The notes: a model not told the origin generated them from the sequence alone. A stretch of DNA of 64,000 bases from Torpedo marmorata (GCA_977017645.1 OZ360220.1:120714001-120778000), one strand, 5' to 3'. Positions 13,797 through 28,157 are shown, counted from the first letter of the stretch. Translations and numbers: made by a program.

Positions 13797-13895
13797 CTTT
13801 TTAGTTATGACAGTTGAAGCACAGCAGTCCCCTCCATCATAACTGCAGTACGCTCTGTTGTTATTTCCATCGCAATAGCTGTCCCCCACGAACGG
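13797..13895 (-). CDS. PAPPA: PAPPA penultimate coding exon (LNR3, Lin-12/Notch repeat)
   Basis: tagcag|CCG...AAA AAG|gttaga; 99 nt; [33 protein letters not shown] with the LNR C-x-Y-DGGDCC motif. Confidence 0.93.
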
Positions 13896-15249
13896 CTGCT
13901 ATGGCAATAAAAACAAGAGGAATTAAAATTGGTAGCGATTGCAAAGAAGTAGCTCCCGTCTTTCAGAATTCTGCGTTTATGAAAGTAAGGGATGACGTGG
14001 CAGGCAAATTAACCCCAGGTCATGTCACTGAGACGTACATTTGCACTTCCCCAGTGAGATGTGAAGTTTAATGCAAAGCTCTGTGCAAAATTATGGACAG
14101 GCGGGGCTCCATCAATTAGTGTAAGTTATTTTCTCTTAAACTTTAAGAGATCTGCCCTTTCGCTGTTTCTGACTAGTTCAAACTTAAACCACTCATTTGG
14201 GTGTATCCTTGTGCTTTAGGTAAATTTTAATTGGCAGCATTCAATCCAGTCTGAATTTTAAATGAATCTATTATCTTTTTTTTTTGTCAAGAAGCTTCCT
14301 GATATGCAGTTTTCACTTCTCACACTGGATTTTTTAAAAGTTGAATTAAAAACAACTATTTCAGGTGATACCTGTTGGATCGTTGGATGTTAAATCATTG
14401 ACAAGTATTTTATCAAGTATATTGTCATCTGCATTTAACTGCAGAGTCTAAATATCAAGTTGGAGATTGGAGAAATTTGAATGCAGAAATTGATGTGCAC
14501 ATAGATCTCAACCAACTTTGATTGGAATGAAGGACATTTGCAGTGGCTTTCACTCTGCTCTCTCGAATGGGGGATATTGAATGGGGATTGCTTCCCTTGT
14601 CAGTTGCACAACTTATCTCCCCCCTCCCCCCAATAAAAGTAACACTATCAAAAAATTAGCTTCCCCATCTTGCATTTCACAGTCTTTTTTGGTAAGATGC
14701 CTATTGTGCTTATTCTTATTTGTTCACATTGCCTCCCAGTCCAAATTTCAAAGTTGCATTTAGTGCCATCTCTCGCTTTAAAATCAATAAACTACCATCT
14801 GAATTCCTCCAATCTTGGACTTCCCTGACATCCTATTGCCAAAATCACTGAGCCTTCCTTTAGTCATCCAGTTTGTTGATGTGAACTTGCTTCCCAAACT
14901 CTCCAACTCTCAGCTCTCAAGGTACAGCTTAAACATAGTCCGTTTGACAGAGAGTTTTTTTTTAATCACCTGTTCTGATGTTGGCTCAGTCTGAACTATT
15001 ATTTGTCTGGTTCTGATCCTGTGAAGCAACTTGTGATCTTTAGTCATGTAGTCATTAGTAGATGGAGACTATCCCAGCTAACAGCAAAAAAGTATCCTTT
15101 TCCACAGCCATGATGTGTAATGCATCTCTTTTCTTGATTGGGTGTTATCCTTTCTGTCTTTGTGTTAGATTCTTGCTGAACTCCCATCAGCTAAGACTAT
15201 ACTTAGATGAGGGAATAGCAGGATGATGCATTTTTTTAAGGTCCAGGGA

Positions 15250-16400
15250 GTTGGGGCACAAGGTGTTTTGCCAATTGGCTAAATTAGCTTAGTAACTGGG
15301 AGCAGAAAGCAGTGATGGAGGGTTTTAAACAAGAACGACTGCAGATGCTGGGATCAAATACCATACCTGACGAAAGGCTGCAGCCTGAAATGGTTGCTAT
15401 TTACTTCCCATGGATGCTGCGTGAGTGACCTGCTTTGTTTCCCCAGCACGTTTGTGTGTTGCTGTGATGGAGGTTTGTTTTCCTGAATGGAAGTCTGTAA
15501 TCAATGCTGGGACCTTTGTGATTTGTCACATGTACAATGACTTGGATGAGAATGTCTGTGGTATGAGAAATGTGGTGCAGACAACACAAAGATTGGTGGA
15601 GTTGGAGGCAGTGACGGTGATTGCCTTAGGTTACAGAGGGGCATAGATCAGCTGAAAAGTTGGGTGGAGTGGTGCCAGATGGAAGTTAAACTATCTGGCA
15701 CCACTGCAGATGTGTGAGGTTGTGCATTATGGGAGGTCTAAGACTGGTTGGACATGTACAGTAAATGGCAAGGATCTTGGAAACATTGAAGGACGAGGTG
15801 CCAGTTCAGAGCCCCCTGAAAATAGCGATGCAGGAGAATAGGGTCGTGAAAAGGGCATTTACCTTGAGCAAACCATGTTAAGCAGGAGGGACTCAGCAGG
15901 TCAGGCAGCATCCAGAGATAGAAATGATCAATATTTCAGGTCAGGACCCTTTCTCAAGATTAAGGAGGGAAGGGGATACCGCAAGCTTTAAAAGTAGGGG
16001 GGAAAGGGCTTGGGAGTGGCCAAGAGCTAATGGGATACTGCACAGATGAAGGTGGAAGAGGTGAAGTTGGCAGACAAGTCGTTTAGTTTGCTTCTCCGCC
16101 ATTGGCAAGCATATTGAGTATTGAGTATAACAGCTACGACATCATGTTGCAACTACACAAAACCTTGGTTCAACCGTGCTTGGTATATTGCATGTAGTTC
16201 TAGTCACTGCATTATAGAAAGGATGTGGTAGTGTTAGAGAGTGAAGCAGAAATTTACCAAGATGTTGCATGAAATTAAGGGCTTAGTTACAAGAAGGGAT
16301 CTGGTAGGCTGAATTTTTTCTCAATGCAGCGCAGAATGCTGGGCTGGGGAGGGAAATCTTTAGAAATGTTCATAAAATTCTGAGGGGCAGAGATAGGATA
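15250..16400 (+). mobile_element. Old CR1-type LINE fragments interrupted by Penelope-like pieces
   Basis: Degenerate RT and C-terminal segments (tacaatgacttggatgag...gcagacaacacaaagattggtgga; ctacacaaaaccttggtt); hammerhead motif at ~15362-15400. Confidence 0.55.
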
Positions 16401-16507
16401 GATAGTTTTGTTGACACAGCCACACAGAAAAGCTGTTCTATTTGAGAAGAGAATAACTTGATAATTCTCTGACAGTGAGGGGCATTGCCCATTGATATCT
16501 TAAACCA

Positions 16508-16636
16508 GAGAGTGAAGCACAAAAGTCTGCAGATGATGTGATGTAGTAAAAACACACAGCCGGTCTCACAGCGTCCATAGGAGGTAAAGATATATTATCG
16601 ACTTTTCAGGCGTGAGCCCTTCTTCAAGGTATGCTG
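16508..16636 (-). mobile_element. 129-bp hammerhead-bearing Penelope-derived insertion
   Basis: 10-bp TSD TCTTAAACCA (16498-16507, 16637-16646); minus strand begins cagcatacc-TTGAAGA-agggctcacgcct-GAAAA-GTC. Confidence 0.8.
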
Positions 16637-18099
16637 TCTTAAACCAAAACATTACTTCTTGTGGGTCCCCTAATCTCCTATTGATTGCTTATCCTGGTCA
16701 TGACTCCCCACTGAGATTGGGGCCCCATGATTCATCTCCTGGGTCTTGCCTTCCTTCTGTAACGTGAGAAAGTTCAGGCAATATTTTTTGTTTTGAGAAT
16801 TGTACTTGAGATTTTCATTGCCAGAAGAGGTGAAGATGAGGTGACAAAGTGCAGAATGCATCATAATTATTTTTAACCATCTTATGTTAATATTATTAGG
16901 TGCAAGTTTTGGATGTGGTTTGTCTGAATTAATGTTTCTGATTAAAATATAATTTTCTTCCATGTAAACCAAATGTAGTTCCTCAGCTTCTGTGAGGTAA
17001 GAAAAATAAACAGCTCAAAGAATACTTTGATGTTGCTCCTGTGTCACTGAAGGTTCATTCAATCCTTATTTATGTCCGTTCTCAAGGAAAACTGTTCATG
17101 TGCTGGGAGATAGAATCCAGAAGCTTTTCAGACCTACATTTAGCATGTTGGCGGGGTATGTGTGAGAACAGAAGCTGACAGCTGAAATTCAGAAGCCATG
17201 CAGTTAAGACATGTCACCCTCAATTCCCTGACTTTTCCTCTTATCTACTTAAGAACCAGAATGATCTTGCCTCCATAACCCTCCCAAGTAGAGCTTCACT
17301 TCTCTCTCAATGAAGATGTTCCAAAGCACCTCATTTTAAAGACTGCCCCTTTATCTTGTGACCATGTCCCATTGTTCAAGTTTCTCCCACTTGTGGAAAT
17401 GTCTCGCCCCCTCCCTTTTTATGTCCCAGAGGATGTTATATATTTCAATAAGCTTTTCCATCATTCTTTCAAACTCTAAAGCATATAGAATTTTTTACCC
17501 ATCTGATGGGTTATGACATGAGGCAAAAAAATGCTGTTTTCTCATGTTATTCCTAACAATTTCATTCCTTTTGACTTAATTTGTTGACATGATTTCTCCC
17601 TGTTTTCTTTCAACTGGACCTCTCAACTGAGGTTGGTTGATTTGTTAATTTACATATGTCCTCTTCTGAACCGTGCTTGTATCTTATTTTTCATGTTTCG
17701 TTCCAACATTTTTTTTCCATTTTCTTCCTTTTCGAAGGTAGTGAATGTGATTGGAAGTGCAGTGGTGTAAGCTGTTAGCATCCTCTTGTATTTTGGCTGA
17801 GGACCACTTTTTTACACCATGGACAAAGCCTTCAGTTTATTTGAGCAGAGTTCAGTCCTGGTAGTATTGCTGAATCTGAATGCAGTTCCCATTTTAGTCA
17901 CCTGAGCACATTACCTGGAGTGACAACCAACCTTCTGTTGTTCTGCAAAAGCATGACACCATCAGGGTTACTGCCTCTTGCATAATCTTCTGTTCCTATT
18001 CCAGTACTTGTAGCATTTATCAATGGAAGTACTAGTGCTTCCAGAATTCAAACAGGTGATGGCATCTTGTGTCATTGGCTGCTTCTGCATCACTTGTAG

Positions 18100-19325
18100 A
18101 ATCCTACAGGAGTCCTTCACTCACTCCATGGATTTCATCCATTTATCCCACTGCTCAGGAAAGGCAGCCAATATACTGAAGGACTCATCATACCTGAGCA
18201 CATTCTCTTCTCCCTCCTCCCAATGGGGAGAAGGCTCAAGGGTGTGAAGGAATGCACCAACAAGCTTAAAGGCAGCTTTTCTCCACAGCCATCAGGCTCT
18301 GAATGAACCCACAACAGAGCTCTCATGCTGCCCTTGAACCCACAACAGAGCTCTCATGCTGCCCTTGAACCTACAACAGAGCTCTCATGCTGCCCTTGAA
18401 CCTACAACAGAGCTCTCATGCTGCCCTTGAACCCACAACAGAGCTCTCATGCTGCCCTTGAACCTACAACAGAGCTCTCATGCTACCCTTGAACCCACAA
18501 CAGAGCTCTCATGCTGCCCTTGAACCCACAACAGAGCTCTCATGCTGCCCTTGAACCCACAACAGAGCTCTCATGCTGCCCTTGAACCTACAACAGAGCT
18601 CTCATGCTGCCCTTGAACCACAACAGAGCTCTCATGCTGCCCTTGAACCCACAACAGAGCTCTCATGCTGCCCTTGAACCTACAACAGAGCTCTCATGCT
18701 GCCCTTGAACCACAACAGAGCTCTCATGCTGCCCTTGAACCCACAACAGAGCTCTCATGCTGCCCTTGAACCTACAACAGAGCTCTCATGCTGCCCTTGA
18801 ACCACAACAGAGCTCTCATGCTGCCCTTGAACCCACAACAGAGCTCTCATGCTGCCCTTGAACCTACAACAGAGCTCTCATGCTGCCCTTGAACCACAAC
18901 AGAGCTCTCATGCTGCCCTTGAACCCACAACAGAGCTCTCATGCTGCCCTTGAACCTACAACAGAGCTCTCATGCTGCCCTTGAACCACAACAGAGCTCT
19001 CATGCTGCCCTTGAACCCACAACAGAGCTCTCATGCTGCCCTTGAACCTACAACAGAGCTCTCATGCTGCCCTTGAACCACAACAGAGCTCTCATGCTGC
19101 CCTTGAACCCACAACAGAGCTCTCATGCTGCCCTTGAACCTACAACAGAGCTCTCATGCTGCCCTTGATTGGTACTAATTGATTTTTTTTTTTGTTCATT
19201 GTAAATCCATACTCTGCAAATTGTGCTCTTCCACTTTGTATGTCTGCATGAGCTAACCTGTTGGACTGCTAGACGAAGAACCCTTTTCTCTGCATGAGGT
19301 ATAATGTGACAAATAAACTGGACCG
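18100..19325 (+). mobile_element. Rex1/Babar LINE 3' end with an expanded minisatellite at the ORF end
   Basis: RKAANILKDSSY...gcagctttttctccacagccatcaggctc (ORF C-terminus); 3' UTR resumes after the array and ends gacaaataaact. Confidence 0.6.
18304..19168. repeat. Minisatellite, 28 copies of a 30-31 bp unit (TGAACCCACAACAGAGCTCTCATGCTGCCCT)
   Basis: Head-to-tail copies with no spacers; three unit variants counted by eye. Confidence 0.97.
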
Positions 19326-20344
19326 GATGAACTTCTGCAAACTTCCAGCCTTCAGGCTGACAAAATTATTGGCTGAGACTACTCTGTTATCTTCAGCTGG
19401 ATAAAAGGTAATTGACCCAAATAAAATGAACGGGAAATGTTAACTGCCAGGAAAAAGATAATTAAAGCTCTTTTTATTTCACTTAATTGTTTAACAGATT
19501 TTTAATTTGTTTTCAAGTGTGTGTATAAATGTGTCTTTTTTATGTATTTGTTTGCTTCAGTCTATTAACTTTAAGGAAGTTAAAGTTCTGAGACAAAAAC
19601 ATTAAAAAGCATTTATTTTAAGTCAAGATTTGATAGCTCTTGAGCCTGCCTGGGATAGGGAGGTGGGGAGCACCTCACTGGCTGTCAAAACCATTCTGTG
19701 AATGCAGTCACCTGCCTGCACTGTGACAGCTCCATGAAGCATTCAGTTGTGCCAAAGTACCTTGAAATAGGTTCCCTGCAAATGAACATGCAGGAGCCAT
19801 TCGGAGAAACAGTGCATCATCTGGTGCCCTTGAACAACAGTAGACCTGTCCTGAAAACTTGAGTCCCCTCCTGCTGAATGTAAGTGATTTCCCCAATGAG
19901 AGCTCAGCTGCCTTGGTCAATATTTATCCCTTAACCATCAAAGGTCAACTGTTATTTCGCTACTGTCTGCAGGACTTCACTGCAGACTGATTGCTGAGGT
20001 CTGTAAAAAGTCACTGGCAGCGAAGTGCTTTTTCATCTGCTGTGGTCATAGAAAGGTTCCACATGACAAGAAGGACCTGGAAATACCACTGTATAATACA
20101 ACATGTTTGTGTGTTACGTGAAGAAATTTAATCAAATTGTCTTGATGTCACTTGCACAAAATTCTTGTGTCTCCCTTTCCCAGGAATTAGGCCTTCATTA
20201 GATGGCTAAGACTTGCTTAGGATGGACCAGCCTGACTTGGTCTGCAGTTTTGAAGATTGTCATAGAACCCTCCTAGAAAAAAACTCCTTCAAAGACTTTT
20301 ATTTATCCTGGGTTCCAGCAACCCGACCTAGCATTTTGAATTCC

Positions 20345-20704
20345 AAATGTATAAAATTATGGAAGGCATAGATAAGATAGAGGTAGGCAAGATGTTGGTG
20401 GGGGAGACCAGAACTAGGGGACATAGCCTCAAGATTCAGGGTAGTAGATTTTGGACGGAGATGAGGAGGAACTACTTTTCCCAGAGGGTGGTGAATCTGT
20501 GGAATTTGCTGCCCATTGAATCAGTGTAGGCTACCTCAGTAAATATATTTAAGACAAGGTTGGATAGACTTTTAAGGGATATGGAGAAAAGGCAGATAGG
20601 TGGAGATGAGCCTATCATCAAATCAGTCATGATCTCATTGAATGGCGGAGCAGGCTCGATGGGCTGGATGGCCTTCTCCTGCTCCTATTTCTTATGTTCT
20701 TATG
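20345..20704 (+). mobile_element. CR1-type LINE 3' end
   Basis: MYKIMEGIDK...TRTRGHSLK...RRNYFSQRVVNLWNLLP; (ttcttatg)n tail. Confidence 0.85.
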
Positions 20705-21544
20705 AACCAACTGCATACTCGACCACAGGTATCCCAATCCAAACCCTGAGGTCCTAATATTTTTTAAAACCCCTTCTCTATCCTCTTTTGACCTTCTCCC
20801 CATTCCCCTTCCCACAACATTATTGATCTGAAGTTCTGACTTTCCCCACAGACCCTGCCTATCCCATGATCTACAAACTGCAACCTTAATCTTTCCCATT
20901 CCAAACTCGGTATTAGTGGAGCGAACTCAGGAATGGGATTATGCATATTTACGTATGCAAGGCCAACTCTATTCCCCAAGGTGCCTTGCACCTGGTGTAA
21001 TAGAATATTGCTGGGGTACCAGCTTAAAAGTGTGTGTTGTCTGTGCATGTGCATGACCTGTTTAATGGTCATGAGGGGAGCATCGTATTTTAATTTAATT
21101 ACTGGCTTCCCAGCAGGGGTCTTAAGTATTTTGGAAAGGAAAGCTAGGTTCTAATTTTCCTGTCTGGCTTGTTGGAGACTGTGGGAGAGGGAAAGGGAGG
21201 AGTTGATGGTGAGCTTAAGGGGCAGGAGGCTGGCTTGTGATGGGAGCGGGAAAGTCACTGTTGAGGCCAGTTTTAATGCTTTGGTGTTGAAACCAACATT
21301 GTAATTTTGACTGAATTTGAGGACCGTTTCTTTCCCACAATCAGACTACTGAATGAACTGCAGAGTAGTACCAAATGATCTCTGTATCTCTGCACAATTG
21401 TTCCGTCTTACTTGTCGTACCAGGTACAAGACGTCCAACTGGTCTGCTCGCAAAACAATCTCTGTCACTGCATCTTGGTACATGTGATAATAAACTGGAA
21501 CTTGCTGGACCTAATGGCTTAGAAGTTACTGAAAAAGTTAACTA

Positions 21545-21794
21545 CAGTAAAAGTCCTAAAATCCAGACTGCTCGGGGATTGGGTCGGTCCTGATTTTTGT
21601 ATTTTCGTACATCTGTGGTGCTTACACAATGCACGCATGCACACACGCACACATTGCACGCACGCATGCAAAAGCCTAGTGTTTTTGAGAAGTTCGGATT
21701 TTCTGGTGGTCCAGATTTCAGGTGAGAGTTTTCGAGAAGTCTGGATTCTTGGGTAGTCCGGATTTCTGGCATCTGGATTTTCAAACTTTTATTG
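21545..21794. mobile_element. Tc1/pogo (Tigger-like) MITE
   Basis: TA flanks; imperfect TIR cagtaaaagtcctaaaatccaga / tctggattttcaaacttttattg. Confidence 0.7.
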
Positions 21795-24700
21795 TATCGC
21801 CATTAAGGAGCTTTGAAATTATATCCTTGGAGAGAAAAATACAGTAATACTGCTCAAACCCAGCAGGACAGAATATACCTCTGTCCAATTTAATATGTGT
21901 TAGATGTATCTATGAAGGACTAATTCAATACTCGGTTAAGTTAAAACGTAATATCAGGACCAAACTATAATTGTCATGAATACCCATGGGCTTGAAGGAA
22001 AGATTCACACTAGGTTTCTACTGCTGTTTGTTATTGAATATGGAGCATAGAAAGCTACAGCACAGTACAGGCCCTTCTGCCCATAATGCTGTGCCGACCT
22101 AATAACCTGCTAGGAGCTTGGTATAAACTGCTGGTATTGATGTGAGGGATAGGGTAACGATTTCCCCCGCCCATTCTATCGAAAAAACAATCAGAGCTTT
22201 GGGTGGGAATTGGATGTTAGTGCTTTGATAAAAGTGTGGTAATGGCTTTTAAACTGTGCCTCAGATGAGGCGGAAAGTAATGGAGGGGAGGGAGAATGTA
22301 AATTTTAAAAGGTGTTGAATTTTTCCCATTTCATTCCATCACCTCTAATAGCATGTAAACAGACACCATTTTTAACAAAGAATGTATGGTGCCAATATTT
22401 TGAAAGGATCTCTGTGTGAGTGACCTGATATTTTTTTGCCTATGATTTTATTTGTCTAGAATGTGCCAAGGCAGCTGAAACAGGCCCCAAAAAATTATAA
22501 ATTCTATTCTAACTCTATTGGCTCTGGGGTTTTTTTGAGCATGGTGAATGTGCCAGGTTTGCAATTAGTATATAATTTTATTTCTGGGTGTAGCAGGTAG
22601 TGCAAAGGTTGGGTCCGAGCCTATAGTTGAGTGGGTTCTTGGACTTTTGCCATAGGACCGATTGCCAATCATGCTATCGCAATCATATTTGTAAAATGTA
22701 AATTTACTGTCACTGCCCCGACAGAGAAAAAAAATCCATGTGTGCAATTACTTTTCTGCCTCTCATCCCTGGTACTGTATTCCTTCAGGGACATGAATGG
22801 AGAAATGCTCTTAGCTATGTTTCCTATGAGGAAACCCTGGTGAAACATTCCCTTTCCCCCTCCCCCCCCTACCCTAACAGGGTCAATGGAGAGATCTTTT
22901 CCCTCTGCATATCTCATCAGGAAGGTCGAATATGATCTGACATGTTTCCTGTCTCGCTGTAAATGCGTTCATTTAATACTGAAAGTTAATGGATTTCATT
23001 ATTTTGTCATTAAAATTTAAAGCAAAAGTAGCCTCTTATTGCCTTGAGAATACATAACCTTGGCTCGCATGCTATTTATATCTAATCATTACTTACATTC
23101 ATGAAGGATTTTATTACTACGTGAGCTCTCCCAATGGATAAGATGGACCATTCCTGTGTTGAATACATGTACTGCATTTCTAGAGAGAGCTTGTATGTTA
23201 ATTCAATTCTAGCTGGAAATAGCTGCTGATTTTTATTTAGATGGAACATTGAGGGCCACACCTGCGAAGCTCACAATTACATGCCAGCGCACTGCACTGG
23301 ACACTTCCTTTCACCTTCCAGATGTTCAAAGTTTCTGCTTTTTTATCATTGTGCCATATCAGAGAAAAAATAAAAATAGTTGATGATGAGAATGCATTTA
23401 TTGCAACAAAGATAGCAAGACAGGTTTACCCAAGAATTCTATTCCAGAGATAACTGATTTTACTAATGCAGAGTTTGGGACAGTGCAGTCAATTTTGCAT
23501 TGTGAGTGAGGTATGAAGATACTTGCCCAAACACCTCTGCTAAGAATTTGGTTGATAACCAGATATCCCTGGATGAGTGCACAGGCAAGCACACTCACAA
23601 GCATGAGGATTTCCATCAAATTCCCATCGAATGATGATTCAACAAATTTCTGAACATTCACGACCAAGACTTGTAATAGCCACATCGACAAGTTGCCGGC
23701 AGAGCACAACGGAGACATATTGGAGCTGTATTCCAGAATGGAATCAGTTTTTGCAAAGGGGGGAAGGGGTAGCAGGGAGATGTTAGAATGGCTAAAGTAG
23801 AAAATATGCAAATGTACTGTCCACGAACTATGTAGTATCAGTAACCTGTCTCTCTCCTATGTTAACGACAAAGGACCTGAAGAGATTGGATTAAATTTAT
23901 GCACACTGCACTGGGTAAATTGAGTCTCAAAGCAATTAAGAAAAGCAGAGTATAATTAAAATCACAAAATAAATGTACTAATCCGTATTGAAGGCAGAAA
24001 AGCTGAATTTAATTTATGACCCTGCATTGTAAATCATCACATTACCCTAAATCCCTTCCATAGGTCTTTCTCTAGCAATTGTACAAAATAATGTTATAGC
24101 AAAGTGCTTCATGACTCCACTTATGGAGATCCCGTATAAATCCATGAATGGTGACCGCGTATGGCCTTTAGCATGCTGGTGATAACAAATCACATCAGAA
24201 ATTGTGGCATTAACCATCACAGAACCAAGCTACATTTTTACCCAATCATGTACAACTAGTGTCTAGGAAGAAATGTGGAACCAAGTCAATTGGATTGGAA
24301 TATAATACTGTATGTCGGAGGTAAAGGTTTTGGGTGAGAATCAAATATAGAAGAGCAGATCTTGACGAGCAACTTCTGAACAAAAAATCCAAGGTTCCTT
24401 CACACTATTCTGGGTTTGCTTTTTGATAAAAAGGAGCCTCCAAAGTATTGAGGAATGTAATTTTCTGCTGATGGAACAGTGCTAAATTTGTGTACAATTT
24501 ACTGCTCCTTGAACTTTGCACTTTGGTTTCAAATATTTTACAGGAAGATTTAACTTATCTGCATTAAGTAAATTATTCATTATCAGAAAGATACAAAAAT
24601 CCAGCAATAATGTTTTAAAAGTCTGAAGGCAAACCTTGATAGTTGGATATTGTAAACTGGACAATTGTAATTTTGTAGCTTATTTTATATAGCTTTCCTA

Positions 24701-27700
24701 ACTTTTGTTTCATTGAACTGAAGTAAATAAAACTGATATAAATTGGGTCCCAACTCAATATATTAATTGCATATGAGCAATAAATACCCCTTTCCATTGT
24801 AAAGATATTCAATATGGCAAAAATAAAACTCAATTAGAAGAAAGTGTAGCCCAGTTGATGAAGGATAGCAATTGTCTTCCACTTCTGTAGAGAATCTTTA
24901 AGCTTAACACCAGGGTGGTGATATGTGACTTTCAACATTAGAGCAGAGTTTTCCATTCTTTAATGGCATACCACTTGGTTTAAATGTTGTTCACATGCTC
25001 TTAGTCATACAACTTTTATTATTTAACCATTTAATTTCCAAATATCCTTTTTATCTACTCACTTCCTGCATTGTCTCCTACCATGCCAGTCACACCACCC
25101 AACCACCAATCATCCACTGGACTCTCTTGGAGGCCATTGGTCTAATTGCTTCCACAGCTATGATTAAAGTGTACTACTGCCTTATTTCTCCGAACTTCCC
25201 TCTGTCCTTCTTCCCCGCATCCTCAAAACTAGATATTTCATGCATATCCCTCAGGAAGCTGCTGCAGTTGTGAATAGGAAGTCCCAAACTATATTTCATC
25301 CCTTCAGTTTCTGAGCTGAATAGTGCAGCTCTTTGGGGATGTTGCATTTCCTTCTGAGGACAAGGGCTTTTTCTGTGAGTTTCATGAAAGCTGGTTTGGC
25401 ACCTGGCAGCGTTATCGTTGTTGAAGCACGTGGACCTTTGGGATCTTACAGTATGAGAATGGGAGCTGAGTGCGGCCTGGTGAGTCAAGCAATGGATCTC
25501 CAGAGGAAACTGTGAAAGTGGGCACAATTTTGACTCTTAAAACTCATTTAAACAGTTGTATGGATAGCAATGACTTTGAAGGTTATGGACCAAGCAAGTG
25601 GGATGACCCCAGAATGACGACTTGGTTGGCATGGACAAGTTGGGCTGAAGGACATGCTTCATGCCGTATGACTTTATCTTGTCACAACAATGGAAATCTG
25701 GGCTTGTGCAGAGAGAAGGTCTAATTTTCTGCACAGGGAAGAAGAGGAAGTAGTAGGTACCTGACTTCAAAGGAATATTTACGTACGATTTGGAGAGGAT
25801 TTCCAGAAGAACAAATTGGATGGATTTGTTTTCCAGTGCTCTAATTTATAAGAGATTTACATTTGTACTTCTTTTCAGTGTTGAGATAAAAAGAGTAATT
25901 AAGATTGAAGGGGCTGTAAAACTTTGACCATAGCTGTCAAACTAATATAAAATTAAGGAAACTCAAAGCTGCAAAAATATACATTTTTAAAATATGTTAT
26001 GCCATGGAAAATTAGAGCAAGTATTTTCATGTGTAAAATAATTTAATTTTGATATTGAACTGCAAAAAAAGAACTGGACAGATATTTGGTTAGGAATGAA
26101 ATTCTGATGAAGAATTGGTCAATATGATTGAGAGCTCTGTGGAATGTGACGCGTTTGATGCTATGGTGAATACCATCACAAGAAATATCCTATTGATATT
26201 TACTTCTGACAATGAAATTCCATCTGTGAAAACCCTGAATTGGTGAATCAAGGGATAAATAAATGGACTTGCACTTTACGGCTCGGCCACATTCTGCAAA
26301 TTCTGCATGCTGGGGTTTTGATTTCCTTTTGTCTGACGTTAGATACTTGTTTTCTTTTCTGGTTTTCAGTCTTGCTAATAATGATTTGGGGGGAAATTTC
26401 AGAACATCTAGAATGGAAGTGGCGGTGAGGTTGTGTTGAATGTTGTGCACAGGCATGCTCATATATCCACGGTTGTTTGTGAATGAGAAATAGGAGGGAC
26501 TAATGTTTGATCCTTTGGGGTAGGACGGGGAGCTGGTGTAGAAGCAGGAAGAGAAAACATTGCAGGTCATTCCATGGCTTTAATACGAATGGTAGCCGAG
26601 TGGATTCCCACTCTGGTGCAGTAATTTTGGAAAAGAGCGGTGTGATTGACATGATAAAGTCTGTGGACACGTTGAGAAGGATGAATGAGAACAATTGCAT
26701 ACTTCAGTCATAGCTACCGTCAACCCCTAATCTCTAAAGATTTCTTGAAGATAATGCAATTCAGTGCATCCTAAACTTTTCTATTTTGCTCTCTTCATTC
26801 TTTATTTCCACATCTAAGTTCCTTCTAATTGTTAGCCACTTTTGCTCCTCATTACATTACCTGGTATTTTGAAAGCAAAAAAAAATCAAAAAATACATGT
26901 TCAAAATCTCGAACAAAAACACAAAATGCTGGGAATACTGTGTGGGTTAGGCAGCATCTGTAGTGAGAGAACACTGATCTTTCTGTTTTCCTCATCACAG
27001 GTGCTGTCCGACCCTACATTTTCTGATTATATATCTGAGGTTTTAGTTGTGTAAGAAGAGGAAATGAAGTTCAGTAGAAATTTATAGAAGAGAGAAATTT
27101 CCGAAAGCCATAGGGCCATTTATTCACGATCAGCCCTGAGCAGGTGTGAGAATTGGAGGGGGTTGGTGATGATGTTTTTACGATGCACCTGCTGCACCTC
27201 ATGTTTGTTGCTGGTTGTCTACCAAAAATTAATTGGGAACTTGCTACCCTGTGTCCAGAGATAGCAGGCAGTGCAGACATACTACACCAGTATTGGAAAG
27301 ATTGGATATTTGAACTGCTTGGTGGAGTGGCAATCAAGCCAACAGCTTTGTGTAGCTTCACACTGTTCTTCAGCAGAAACATTCAGAAGAGCAATAATAA
27401 TATGACATTAGGTAGCCTGGAAATCTTACCAGCTGACAAACTTATCTTCAAAAAGGGTATTAGGTGTTTAAGCAAAGTAAAACAGCTTTTCTTTATAACA
27501 AAGCACAGACCATTAATGGTAGCATGCAAAGTGTATCTGATGGCAAATAGAAGATCTGAATTCTTACCACAACCCAAAGAATTATTTATTACATTAAACT
27601 CCCTGTTAACCATATATACTCTTGCTTGCATTTTATGTTCTGTAGGTTTTGATTACATTTAAAATTATTCAATTCGACATTTACCTAACCACACCAAGTG

Positions 27701-28157
27701 AAAATCTGTGCTGTAAAATTTAAAATATTCCACAGCATTCCAATTCTCATGTGTCACACTTTTTCTTCCCCTCAAGGTCACATTATTATGTCACATTAGA
27801 TATGCCATGTTATCACATAATTCAGAAGCAGTTTAGACTTGAATAAATGTTTCAAACAAGCAATCAGCTAACATTGCTCTGGCAAATGAAGCACAGTTTT
27901 ACAATTACTGTTTTATTTTTGTCAGCTGGGTCCGTCAGGTGGACTTCCACATTCAAGCTCAATGGATTTCCAACTTTCGCAGATGGATTATCATGTACTG
28001 CTTACATAAAGGTAACAACAATATTCTGAGACCTGGACACAAGTCCACATGTATAAGTTTGAACACTCAAAGAAAACTTGCTGTCACCATATCAATAAAT
28101 TGTCATGCAAGACTCATTATTTTTGATGCCTGGCAGTGAAAACGTAAAGGATCTTAC

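Noticed and set aside
18304-19168. CRISPR array (31-bp repeats)
   Set aside because: Units are contiguous with no unique spacers, there are no cas genes, and the context is a vertebrate intron.
20960-21040. ORF segment LSWYPSNILLHQVQG as the PAPPA 'LKWYPHPALIHC' exon
   Set aside because: It lacks the cysteines and convincing splice sites; the exon at 28158-28229 fits with correct phases.
22940-23200. AT-rich, TAAT-rich non-repetitive stretch as a conserved enhancer
   Set aside because: Plausible by appearance only; conservation cannot be judged without alignments.
23398-27662. Longer anonymous ORFs (23398..23811, 26190..26570, 27153..27662) as nested genes
   Set aside because: No recognisable domains, intron-like composition and mostly non-ATG starts; expected by chance in a six-frame scan.
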